Of a stretch of 44,815 nucleotides of DNA, positions 25,840-34,869 are shown one piece after another (the stretch's first letter is position 1; every line of letters starts with the position of its first letter). The notes beneath the pieces are model-generated. The model did not search any database and was not told the origin of the DNA. It saw only the letters and a program-made list of their open reading frames with translations. This stretch comes from Spirochaetia bacterium (lineage in GTDB: Bacteria; Spirochaetota; Leptospiria; Turneriellales; JAOUFE01), in the NCBI GenBank assembly GCA_029858425.1, contig JAOUFE010000002.1, positions 1 through 44,815 of the forward strand, read 5' to 3'. The position numbers and the translations under genes are program-made.

Positions 25840-26160
25840 ATGACCATTGACCATAAAAATGGTCTTTTCAGCAATGATCCCATGGATATTCTTGCGGCCA
25901 TTAAAAAAATCACCGGAGGGCAAAAGGCCGCAATTTTGGGGAGTTCCGTCCATTTCAGGATTCCTTCGCGCGATGTGCGGATTTTTGCCGCCAGTACGGA
26001 AAACGCAAGGGACATCAAAGCCGCCTCATCGGTCATTACAAATCCGGCAGCAAGGATATCAGCCAACTTCTTTATGAAAGTAAACAAACCCCCGTTTCCC
26101 TTTAAATTTTTTTCAACGGAAAAAGAAGCCCTTGGCTGGCTGAAGCAATATATCCAATGA
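25840..26160 (+). CDS. Small STAS/SpoIIAA-like protein, apparently N-terminally split by a 1-nt frameshift
   Basis: The C-terminal ...ARISANFFMKVNKPPFPFKFFSTEKEALGWLKQYIQ resembles small STAS-fold proteins found upstream of sensor genes (from memory). A better-looking N-terminus, MEKNTIHTRVAELSIDEDGIVH, sits in another frame (25776-25850). Confidence 0.45.
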   Translation: MTIDHKNGLFSNDPMDILAAIKKITGGQKAAILGSSVHFRIPSRDVRIFAASTENARDIKAASSVITNPAARISANFFMKVNKPPFPFKFFSTEKEALGWLKQYIQ

Positions 26161-26166
26161 ATTTCT

Positions 26167-28764
26167 TTGAATAATTTTAATACGATGCAGAAAGATCCTG
26201 TAAACGATTCACGAATTGAAAAAATTCTTCATCTGATTACTGAATTTGCTTCGGGTAATCTGGATGCCCGCGAGAAGCCTTCCAATAAAAACGATGACAT
26301 TGAGGGCATCATTGGCGGCTTGAACATGCTGGGCGAAGAACTCAAAGCCTCTACCGTATCCAAAAATTTTCTTGGCAAGATTCTGGATACTATGGTGGAT
26401 GGCCTGATTATTGCCGATTCCGGTTTAATCATACTTGATGTCAATCCTGCCATGGAACTGCTAAGCGGCTATGATGCAAAAGAGCTGGTGGGGAACTCGC
26501 TTGAAAAAATTTTTGGCGACCACGACATGTTTAATTCGCTGTCGGGTCATTACTCTGGAAACGAATATTTTGCCGCGATTGAAACGACCTGTTTATCAAA
26601 GGAAAATATTAAAATACCTGTATCGGTTTCGATTTCCTGCATAAACGATCATGAAAATCTTTCCGATGCATATGTTATTATCAGTCATGATATCAGCGAA
26701 ATCAAAGAAAGAGAATCCCAGATACTTGCCGCCAATCAAAAATTGTCCTCCATTCTGGAAGCCCTGCCCGATTTATTGTTTGAGGTCGATTTAAACGGTC
26801 TTATTCACAACTATTATTCGCCCCATTCAGGAAGGTTTGTTTTGCCCTCCATGGAATTTATATATAAAAACCTGTCCGAGGCTTTGCCAGCTTCGGCTTC
26901 TGCATCAATCATGGAAGCAGTTCGGGCGGCGAATGTTGACGGCTGGTTCGGCGGAAAACAGTTTGAGGTAACGATCGAAAATGCAAATTTATGGTTTGAA
27001 ATTTCTGTAAATCAAATGATTGGGGTACAGAGTCTAAGTCCGCGGTTTATTGTTCTGCTGCGAGACATTACGAGACGCAAGAATATTGAAGATGAATTGC
27101 GCATTGCGGCAGTAACTTTTGAAACCAACGAAGGTATTGTAATTACCGATGCACAAGCCCGGATTATCCGCGTGAACTCGGCTTTTCAGGAAATAACCGG
27201 TTACAAAGCAGAAGATGTAATTGGCAAAAACCCCCGCATAATGAGCTCCGGGCGGCACGACAAGTCGTATTATGCCGACATGTGGAAACAGTTGCAAACA
27301 CGCGGAACATGGGCAGGCGAAATATGGGATCGGCGTAAAAACGGGCAGGTGCATCCAAAGTGGCTGACCATAACCGCCGTAAAAAATCAAAAAGGCGAGA
27401 CCACCCAGTATGTAGGTATTTTTAACGATATGACGGCACGCATCAAGGCCGAAGAAGAAATTCGCAACCTTGCTTTTTACGATACCCTCACAAACCTTCC
27501 CAACCGACGTTTACTTATGGATCGCCTGCGCATGGCTCTTTCTCTGTCTGGTCGCACAAATAATTTTGGGGCAGTATTGTTTTTGGATCTGGACAAATTT
27601 AAAAGTCTAAACGACATGAAGGGTCACGAATACGGGGATAGGTTATTGATTGAAGTCGGGCAACGCATTGTTTCCTGCGTCAGGGAAGTCGATACCGTGG
27701 CAAGACTTGGCGGAGATGAGTTTATAATTTTGATAGAAGAATTGGGTTTGGTTAAAAACTCTGCCATGCAGAAAGCGGCGATGATTGCCGAAAAAATTCG
27801 CAGCGCCCTGGCCTTACCCTATCAGTTTGAAGATTATAAGCACTTTTGTTCCACCAGCATTGGTATATGTTTGTACAAAGGCAGCGAAATAGCTGAAGGA
27901 GTTTTACTTAAATCGGCAGATATGGCCATGTATCAAGCCAAGGAGTCTGGGCGCAATACTGTTCGCTTTTTTGATCCGGATATGCAGCGGGCAGTGGAAA
28001 ACCATGCAGAGCTGGAAGGAAATCTCAGAAATGCCATTGAAAAATCCCAGTTAAAACTGTATTATCAGGTTCAGGTAGACCGCGATTTGCGCCCGATTGG
28101 GGCAGAAGCCCTGATACGATGGGAACATCCCGGTCAGGGATTTATTTCGCCGACGCAATTTATTCCCATTGCCGAAGAAAGCAATTTGATTCTGGACATA
28201 GGTGCGTGGGTACTCCACAATGCATGTCGGCAACTTGCCATATGGAACAATGACGAAAAAAGGCGTCACCTGACACTTTCAATTAATGTGAGCGCCCGGC
28301 AATTTGGACTTCCCGGTTTTGTGGAAAGTATTACCAGCGCTATCCAGGAACATGGCGTTGATCCATCTCGCTTGAAACTTGAGTTAACCGAGCATGTCCT
28401 TCTGAGCGATGTAACAAACGTTGTGGCAAAAATGCATGCCCTTAAAGAGCTCGGTGTATGGTTGTCTATTGATGATTTTGGCACAGGTTATTCTTCCCTG
28501 TCTTATTTGAAGCGCCTCCCTATTCACCAGTTAAAAATAGACCAGAGTTTTGTCAGAGATACAGCTACTGACCCAAATGATGCCATGATGGTGAAAACCA
28601 TTATCAGTCTTGCCCAAAATTTCCATTTAAACGTTATTGCCGAGGGGGTTGAGAACAAAGAGCAGCTTGATTTTCTTGTGCAAAATGGATGTATGGCATA
28701 TCAAGGCTTTTTGTTTGGAAAACCCGTTCCTCTTGCAGATTTTGAGGCGCTTGTAAAAAAATAA
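26167..28764 (+). CDS. PAS/PAC-GGDEF-EAL c-di-GMP signalling protein
   Basis: It has several PAS-like segments (e.g. GIVITDAQARIIRVNSAFQEITGY...GKNPRIMSSG). GGDEF is intact (RLGGDEFIILI) and EAL is intact (EALIRW..., DDFGTGYSSLSYL, QGFLFGKP). The real start may be the ATG at 26185 (MQKDP...). Confidence 0.85.
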   Translation: MNNFNTMQKDPVNDSRIEKILHLITEFASGNLDAREKPSNKNDDIEGIIGGLNMLGEELKASTVSKNFLGKILDTMVDGLIIADSGLIILDVNPAMELLSGYDAKELVGNSLEKIFGDHDMFNSLSGHYSGNEYFAAIETTCLSKENIKIPVSVSISCINDHENLSDAYVIISHDISEIKERESQILAANQKLSSILEALPDLLFEVDLNGLIHNYYSPHSGRFVLPSMEFIYKNLSEALPASASASIMEAVRAANVDGWFGGKQFEVTIENANLWFEISVNQMIGVQSLSPRFIVLLRDITRRKNIEDELRIAAVTFETNEGIVITDAQARIIRVNSAFQEITGYKAEDVIGKNPRIMSSGRHDKSYYADMWKQLQTRGTWAGEIWDRRKNGQVHPKWLTITAVKNQKGETTQYVGIFNDMTARIKAEEEIRNLAFYDTLTNLPNRRLLMDRLRMALSLSGRTNNFGAVLFLDLDKFKSLNDMKGHEYGDRLLIEVGQRIVSCVREVDTVARLGGDEFIILIEELGLVKNSAMQKAAMIAEKIRSALALPYQFEDYKHFCSTSIGICLYKGSEIAEGVLLKSADMAMYQAKESGRNTVRFFDPDMQRAVENHAELEGNLRNAIEKSQLKLYYQVQVDRDLRPIGAEALIRWEHPGQGFISPTQFIPIAEESNLILDIGAWVLHNACRQLAIWNNDEKRRHLTLSINVSARQFGLPGFVESITSAIQEHGVDPSRLKLELTEHVLLSDVTNVVAKMHALKELGVWLSIDDFGTGYSSLSYLKRLPIHQLKIDQSFVRDTATDPNDAMMVKTIISLAQNFHLNVIAEGVENKEQLDFLVQNGCMAYQGFLFGKPVPLADFEALVKK

Positions 28765-28837
28765 TGGGGGGATGGGACAAACAGATACCGCGGTGGGCGG
28801 CGTCCGCCGCGTCGCTATTTACCTGCGTAAGCGCCTC

Positions 28838-28958
28838 GGCATGAACCTCAACAATCGGATCAAAATGTATTAAAATGCGCGTTTTTGGGGCGCTTCGCGC
28901 CCCAAAAACGCGTCAGTCTAAATCATTCTGACTGAATTTCGGGGTCCGGCCCAAGCTC
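28838..28958. repeat. Palindromic intergenic repeat, copy F (full length)
   Basis: The order is GGCATGAACCTCAACAATCGGATCAAAATGTATTAAAAT, then hairpin GCGCGTTTTTGGGGCGC-TTC-GCGCCCCAAAAACGCG (28877-28912), then TCAGTCTAAATCATTCTGACTGAATTTCGGGGTCCGGCCCAAGCTC. Confidence 0.9.
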
Positions 28959-28982
28959 TCGTGAGTTTCAGGCACTTAAAAC

Positions 28983-29131
28983 ATGCTCCCAAACTCACGC
29001 AGGTAAATTGAAGAAAGATTCGCTTTTTCCCGAAAATTTCATCCCAAAATGGAAAATCCCTGCAAATTTTATACTCCCTGCCATAAAATCAAATTGGAAC
29101 GCTGGTTTTACCTGCGTGAGTTTGGGAGCAT
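28983..29131. repeat. Perfect 25-bp inverted repeat flanking a 99-bp segment, 65 nt upstream of the giant coiled-coil gene
   Basis: ATGCTCCCAAACTCACGCAGGTAAA (28983-29007) and TTTACCTGCGTGAGTTTGGGAGCAT (29107-29131) are exact reverse complements. Degenerate extra copies are TTTACCTGCGTAAG (28818-28831) and CGTGAGTTTCAGGCAC (about 28960-28975). Confidence 0.85.
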
Positions 29132-29195
29132 TACTTAAAAAAATCTCTATTAAAAAAAGGGTTGTAATTGCAGATTTCTTTATGAAAGTGACATA

Positions 29196-32100
29196 ATGTT
29201 GGAATTATCTATTCCTTTTTTGGCTTCGGTAATTATAACCATCCTGCTTCGCCGTCTTGACAAATCCAGCATTAATCTTCGAAAGTTAAAAACTTTAATT
29301 GAACGCGGGCAGAAGGAGCTGGTAGATATCGCTCTACAGAAAAAAGAAGAATTAAAAGACGCCAGCACCCAACTTGATTTGCTTCTTATCAATTCTGATA
29401 AATATCTTGGCGAACTTAAAAGCGAATTGACCGGTCTCAAAAATACCGTTTCTGAAGTTCAGGGCAGTCGCGCCGGTCTTCTCGAGATGGACGGCGAATT
29501 GCAGTCGCTGGAACTAACCACCAATTCTGTAAAAGATCAGCTTCGATATATAAACGAATCGCTCGATAAAATTGACCAGCATCAAAAGAAAATAAAAAAT
29601 CTGCAGGAATACATAAAAAATGTAGATAACGACGCATCAAAAATGGTAAAAAGTTTTCAAAAAGCCATTGGAGACAAGTCTGAAGAAGTTGTGCGCCTTA
29701 TGGAAGCCAAACTAAACGCAGTATCTTCCGAAACCCACGATTATCAAAAAAAACTTCGCGACGAATTGCTTGAAAAACACGGTATTTTGTCTCACAAGAT
29801 TACCGAGAGCTACAAGGAACTTGAGGGTTCTCTGCGAAATAGCGCTAGGGGGTTAACCGCGACTATCGAAAAAGAAGTCCACAGCCGTTTTTCGATCCTG
29901 GATGATCTGGACGTCCGGATCAGCGCCAATGAAAAATTATTAAGCGTTCATCTTCCGGATCTTGTGGAGCAGCTCAAACTGAAATTTCAGCATGATCTTA
30001 TAGACAGTCAAAATCAATTGGAGAATTTAAATAAATCTATTGTTCGCACCGAAGATGACTTGCGAAAACGTTTTGAAAAAATCCATGCAGAAATTGATGA
30101 AGAGCGGAATACCTTGTTTCAGAATTTTATTGAGGAAACAGACAAGATCAGGGATCAGATTCATTCTCTGGACTATGACACTCTTGCCAAGAAAGATGAA
30201 TTGATTCGTTCTGTCAAAGAAGAAGCGTCCAAAATCCAGGGACAAATTACGTCATTTGAGAAAATATACGATCATGCCCGGGAAAATATTTACAAGCAGG
30301 TCAATGCCCAGGAAGAGGAGCTTGCAAATCATCTGGTCAGACTTCAACTGGCGATTCAATCTTCTCTCGATACGGTCAACCAGGAGTCTGACAGAAAAAA
30401 AACTGAAATTGAACTTTTTCTCGCCGGGGTAATTAAATCTTCAAGCGAACAAATGGCGTCTCTGGAAAAATCTCTTGAACATAAATCAGAAAATCTGGCG
30501 GAAAAGCATAAAGAAAATGAAGAAAAGGTAAGCGATCGCCACAAAAAGTTTGAAAATTTTGTCGCAAGGGCTATGATTCAGGTGGAAGAAACATCGAGGG
30601 AAAAAGACGAAGAGTTTCTGGAAAAAATCAGCCAGTTTGAAAAAAACCTGAAACAAGGCGAGAGCGAAATTGAAAAAAGGCTTGGAAAATTTGAAAAGCT
30701 GATAGAAACTTCTTTGCGCCTGCTTGATTCAAAAGCAGCCGACAAAAAGGATGAACTTTCAGAATTTGTCGATAATGAGTTTGATAAAGTAAAAACCAAA
30801 ATTGATTATTTTCATGAGTTATTTAACGAAAACTCGGGATCCTTGACCGAGCGTGTGCGTGAAAAAGAAGATCAGCTTTTACTTCTTGTTGAAAACTATA
30901 AAAAAGCGGCTGAAAATACCGCTTCTGAAATAAACATTCAATCTGAAAAAGAAAAAGAAAAATTAGGCGAATTTATCACCGGTCAGTTGAATCTGGCAAA
31001 ATCAAAATTTGACTCATTTCAAGGCCTCTATGAAACTGGAATGAATCAGGTTGCCAGTAGCGTGGACAAGGCTCAGAACTATTTCAATGAGCAATTGTCC
31101 GGATTTGAATATAGTGTACAGAATACCATTGATTCGCTTATTCATGAAACCGGAGAACGCAAAAAAGGAGCTGTTGAATTTTTTTCTGAACAATTCAGAC
31201 AAATGGAAACAAAATTCCATGAGCTCAATAAAAATTTTATGGAAAATACGGAAGAATATAACGCCGGAATGAATGAGCGCGAGAATCTTCTAAAAGAAAT
31301 GACTTCCAGGGCGACAGCCTTTATCCAGGAAAGCTCGGCAGCCATTGCTGAGGACGCGCAAAGACAACAGCGCGATTTCTCGCAATCTATTCAGGCAGAA
31401 CTCAAGAATGTTGAAGACAAACTCATAAACTTTCAAAATACATATTCGGAATCCATTCATTCGTTTGAAGACAGCCTTGAAAAAAAAGATCGGGAGCTGG
31501 AATCCAGATTATCTCATATGGAGGATGTTTTGGATTCGTCGATCCGGATGCTGAATGAAGAGTCCGGGAAGCGCCGCGAAGAAATCAGCGCATATGCCGA
31601 TACGGAACTCTCCCGCTTTGATAAAAAAATAGATGAAATAAAAACTATATATGAAAAAAATTCTAACTTTGTAAGCGGTAGTCTGAAAGTCCATGAGTCA
31701 GAAATCAATCAGCTGGTAGATAATTTCAGGGACATTGTACATGCTTCGGTTCAACAAATTGCCGATGAAGCCGAAGCCAGGAAAGACGAGATACAGGGCT
31801 ATACGGCAGACCAGTTCGACGCACTTCAAAGTAAAATTGAAACTTTTAACAAGATCGTCAACGAGGGTTCCGAAAATTTCCAGGAAACTGTCCATTCGTC
31901 AACAGAGGGTCTGGAAAGCAAGGTTTCCGGAATTGAGGAAGAAATAAAAAAAGTTTTTGAGAGTATTCATGCTGAAAGTCAAAAACACAAAAAAGAATTA
32001 AGTGATTTAATTTCAAAAGAAATTAAAGTAATAGATGACCGACTGGAAGACTTTGCAAAACTTTATCAAACATCCGAAAATTCGATTGAGGAGAATTTTG

Positions 32101-34742
32101 ACACGCACCAGGAAAGCCTGATGGAAACGATAAAAGTTATTCAGCAGACGATTGCCGTTTCAATTCAGGAAATTCACGACGAGTCAGACAGGAAAAAAGC
32201 AGAAATTCACAAATATGCGCAATCCGAAAGTGCTGAATTAAATGCAAAAATTTCAGAACTGGACAATGTATTTAACCGGGCGATAGAAGAAATTAAAGCA
32301 AAAGTCCGGGAAAATGATACCCAGATGGAAATCGAGAAAGGATCTCTTGAGAAATCAATTCGCAGCGCAATTGATCAGGTGTTTGACGAGAGCGAAGACC
32401 GAAAAAATGAATTTATAAAATCTGCCGAAGAAGAACTCGGAAAGTTTCATGAAAAAATGGGCTCCTTTCAGTCGGTATACAACGAGAGTATTGAGAACAT
32501 ACGCAAGAAATCTGAAATGGCTGCCGATGAGGTGAACGGACTTATTTCGGGTTTAAATACTGTCATTGATAATGCCATGGCGAAGTTTGAAAATCTTGGC
32601 TCCGAGGAAATGGAAGAATTGCAGGTTGAGATTAACAAGGCCGTTGAATCTGTACAGAAACGTGCTGAAGAAGTATTTCAGGAATCGTACGATCAGTTTG
32701 TTTTTGATGTCAAGGAATTTCGGGAAGAGTTTAATCGTGTTCAAAATCAAATTGAATCTCTGGAGTCCGTCAGCGAAGAGCGCTATAAACAATTAAATAA
32801 CGAAATTATCGATGTAAAATCCAAAATCCAGGACAACCTTTCTTCCTATGTTCAGCAGATCAAGAAATCGGCAAAAGATTTAACCGAAGTTTTTGAAAAG
32901 GATTTATCCGGGAAGCTTTCCTATGTATCGAAACAAATTGAAAGCCTTGAGGGGGAGATTGAAACTCTGCGAAACAGGTCAGTAGAGGAAATTGAAGGCA
33001 AGGTTTCCCCGCTTTACAGTAAACTGGGAAATATCGAAAAAAATCTGCTTGAATCGCAAAAACATTTAATGGATAAATGGAGCGAGGAAACAGCCCAGGT
33101 AATGAAAAAAATTTCAGAAAAGGAAATTTTATTTTCCCAGTCAGCCGAAAAGTGGGAAACACAATTTGAAGCCATGACCCGCAATGCGCGCGATAGCGTT
33201 CACAAAGGTTTTGTAGATCTCGAGAAAAAGCGTACGGATCTTCTGGACAGTTTTGACAGCACAATAAATCAAAAAATGTCCGATGTCGAAAGATTTTCCG
33301 GAGAATGGTCGGAAAAAAATGAAAAAACTCTTTCCGAATTAATATCGTCCTTTAAGTTAAAAATGCAGGAAAAAGAAGATTCCGCGTTTGATAAAATGCA
33401 GCAAATGTCGGCCAGGTTTGGCGAAATAAAAAAAGAAATTCAGACCAGACATGACTCGGTGCTGGAAGTACTACAGGCCGAGAAATCAAGTCTTGAAAAA
33501 GAGATGAAGCAATTAAGCGAAAAGCAATTGCAGCTCTTTAATATGGAAATGGACGGGCGCATTGAGAAAACAGCAGAGATGATGCAGACAAGTTCAGACG
33601 CCACCATTGCAAAAATTGAAAAAGAGATTTCGGGCTTAAGATCAGAGTTTAAGGAAATTGAGGAATCAACCCGCGAAATGATAGCAAGTTTTACGTTTGA
33701 TAAAAAAGAATTGTTTAACAAAATTGATAAAGAAACAAAACTGACAGCAAAAGAAATAATGGGTGTTCAAGAGGCCTTTAACCGACTGAAAGATGAAATG
33801 AAAATTCTGGATAAGGCTGAAAAGAGTACCGAAAAGGTAAGAAATGTTGTCAAGATTCTTGAAGACAAACTAAACGCTGCCGAAGGCAAAAGCGCTGAAA
33901 TTCAGGATATTTTTCGCCGCGTCGATGAACTTAAAGAAATGCGCCTGAAACTGGATGCGGAATTAATGATGCTTGCCCAAAAAAGGGAAAAGGTCGACAA
34001 ACTGGAAGACCAGCTCTCGCTTATTTTAAATCTGCGTGATGAAATTGAAGAAAAAGGCGAACAGCTTGATATGGTAAAAAGCAAGGTGCAAGATATTATT
34101 GGCGCCCAGGAACAGGTAGATGTATATCGAAGCCGCCTTGATAATATTCTCGAAGAATTTGTTCAGCAGCATACGCTTGTGGAAAATGTTCTTGGTACTA
34201 TTTCAGGTCACCAGAAATCCGTTGATGAAATTAGCGGGCGCATGGAAGCCTTAAACGGCACGGTCAAGGTTGTCGATGAAAGATCCAGGTTGTTAAAAGA
34301 CCATATGGATTCTCTTGAAGTAAAAATGGAATCTCTAAAAAAACACGAAACAGAAATTGTCGATGTTAAAAATAAATTTCTCGAGATTGAAGACTTGATC
34401 CAGGACATTGAAAATCGTAAAAAGCAAATTGATACTTTGCGCAAGCGTTTCGAGGAAATGAGAATCTCCATGAATGACAGCGTTATTTCCATAGAAAAAA
34501 TTGAACACAATGCCGAAACAAAAGTAAAACAGCTCACCGACCTGATTAATGCTTCGGAATATACAGAAAAAATCACTTCAAAGGTATCCGGGAAAGTGGC
34601 TCCCCAAAAAATAGGCGTCGACAAGAAAAATATGATTATTCGGCTTGGGGAAATGGGATGGTCTGCAGATGAAATTGCTTCAAAAATTAATATGGATTTA
34701 ACTTCCATTGAAACAATTCTTTCAACATCTATCCGCCAATAG
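29196..34742 (+). CDS. Giant (1848 aa) membrane-anchored coiled-coil repeat protein with a small C-terminal HTH-like domain
   Basis: It is one uninterrupted ORF. It has an N-terminal TM helix (IPFLASVIITILLRRL) and over 1700 aa of E/K/L/I/S-rich helical sequence. A motif of the form (D/E)ES..RK.E(I/F)..(Y/F)......L...(K)(I/L)..F...(Y/F) recurs about every 69 residues. The last ~35 aa are MIIRLGEMGWSADEIASKINMDLTSIETILS. Confidence 0.8.
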   Translation: MLELSIPFLASVIITILLRRLDKSSINLRKLKTLIERGQKELVDIALQKKEELKDASTQLDLLLINSDKYLGELKSELTGLKNTVSEVQGSRAGLLEMDGELQSLELTTNSVKDQLRYINESLDKIDQHQKKIKNLQEYIKNVDNDASKMVKSFQKAIGDKSEEVVRLMEAKLNAVSSETHDYQKKLRDELLEKHGILSHKITESYKELEGSLRNSARGLTATIEKEVHSRFSILDDLDVRISANEKLLSVHLPDLVEQLKLKFQHDLIDSQNQLENLNKSIVRTEDDLRKRFEKIHAEIDEERNTLFQNFIEETDKIRDQIHSLDYDTLAKKDELIRSVKEEASKIQGQITSFEKIYDHARENIYKQVNAQEEELANHLVRLQLAIQSSLDTVNQESDRKKTEIELFLAGVIKSSSEQMASLEKSLEHKSENLAEKHKENEEKVSDRHKKFENFVARAMIQVEETSREKDEEFLEKISQFEKNLKQGESEIEKRLGKFEKLIETSLRLLDSKAADKKDELSEFVDNEFDKVKTKIDYFHELFNENSGSLTERVREKEDQLLLLVENYKKAAENTASEINIQSEKEKEKLGEFITGQLNLAKSKFDSFQGLYETGMNQVASSVDKAQNYFNEQLSGFEYSVQNTIDSLIHETGERKKGAVEFFSEQFRQMETKFHELNKNFMENTEEYNAGMNERENLLKEMTSRATAFIQESSAAIAEDAQRQQRDFSQSIQAELKNVEDKLINFQNTYSESIHSFEDSLEKKDRELESRLSHMEDVLDSSIRMLNEESGKRREEISAYADTELSRFDKKIDEIKTIYEKNSNFVSGSLKVHESEINQLVDNFRDIVHASVQQIADEAEARKDEIQGYTADQFDALQSKIETFNKIVNEGSENFQETVHSSTEGLESKVSGIEEEIKKVFESIHAESQKHKKELSDLISKEIKVIDDRLEDFAKLYQTSENSIEENFDTHQESLMETIKVIQQTIAVSIQEIHDESDRKKAEIHKYAQSESAELNAKISELDNVFNRAIEEIKAKVRENDTQMEIEKGSLEKSIRSAIDQVFDESEDRKNEFIKSAEEELGKFHEKMGSFQSVYNESIENIRKKSEMAADEVNGLISGLNTVIDNAMAKFENLGSEEMEELQVEINKAVESVQKRAEEVFQESYDQFVFDVKEFREEFNRVQNQIESLESVSEERYKQLNNEIIDVKSKIQDNLSSYVQQIKKSAKDLTEVFEKDLSGKLSYVSKQIESLEGEIETLRNRSVEEIEGKVSPLYSKLGNIEKNLLESQKHLMDKWSEETAQVMKKISEKEILFSQSAEKWETQFEAMTRNARDSVHKGFVDLEKKRTDLLDSFDSTINQKMSDVERFSGEWSEKNEKTLSELISSFKLKMQEKEDSAFDKMQQMSARFGEIKKEIQTRHDSVLEVLQAEKSSLEKEMKQLSEKQLQLFNMEMDGRIEKTAEMMQTSSDATIAKIEKEISGLRSEFKEIEESTREMIASFTFDKKELFNKIDKETKLTAKEIMGVQEAFNRLKDEMKILDKAEKSTEKVRNVVKILEDKLNAAEGKSAEIQDIFRRVDELKEMRLKLDAELMMLAQKREKVDKLEDQLSLILNLRDEIEEKGEQLDMVKSKVQDIIGAQEQVDVYRSRLDNILEEFVQQHTLVENVLGTISGHQKSVDEISGRMEALNGTVKVVDERSRLLKDHMDSLEVKMESLKKHETEIVDVKNKFLEIEDLIQDIENRKKQIDTLRKRFEEMRISMNDSVISIEKIEHNAETKVKQLTDLINASEYTEKITSKVSGKVAPQKIGVDKKNMIIRLGEMGWSADEIASKINMDLTSIETILSTSIRQ

Positions 34743-34750
34743 AGCCTGGA

Positions 34751-34797
34751 CTGATTTAAATCATTCTCACTAAATTTTGAGTTCATGCCCAAAAGCT
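34751..34797. repeat. Palindromic intergenic repeat, copy G (single arm only)
   Basis: CTGATTTAAATCATTCTCACTAAATTTTGAGTTCATGCCCAAAAGCT matches the right arm of copies C, F and H. It begins 9 nt after the giant gene's stop. Confidence 0.6.
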
Positions 34798-34869
34798 AAG
34801 CAGTTAAACTGCAAAGCATCTTTATTTAACTTCTTCTTTACGTGGGACTTGTTTTGCTCATATTAGCCT

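Noticed and set aside
29008-29196. A 62-aa ORF (TTG start) in the leader of the giant gene, with its stop overlapping the giant gene's ATG.
   Set aside because: It starts at a TTG immediately after the inverted repeat, has no RBS, and reads through repeat DNA, giving an implausible sequence. I kept it only as a note under the inverted-repeat finding.
29437-34792. Many minus-strand ORFs of 60-194 aa (e.g. 34208-34792, 32860-33264, 33440-33721) antisense to the giant coiled-coil gene.
   Set aside because: They are S/F/L-rich and low-complexity, with no motifs. They lie wholly inside a much longer, coherent sense ORF. They are the expected shadow frames of a GAA/AAA-rich coding sequence.
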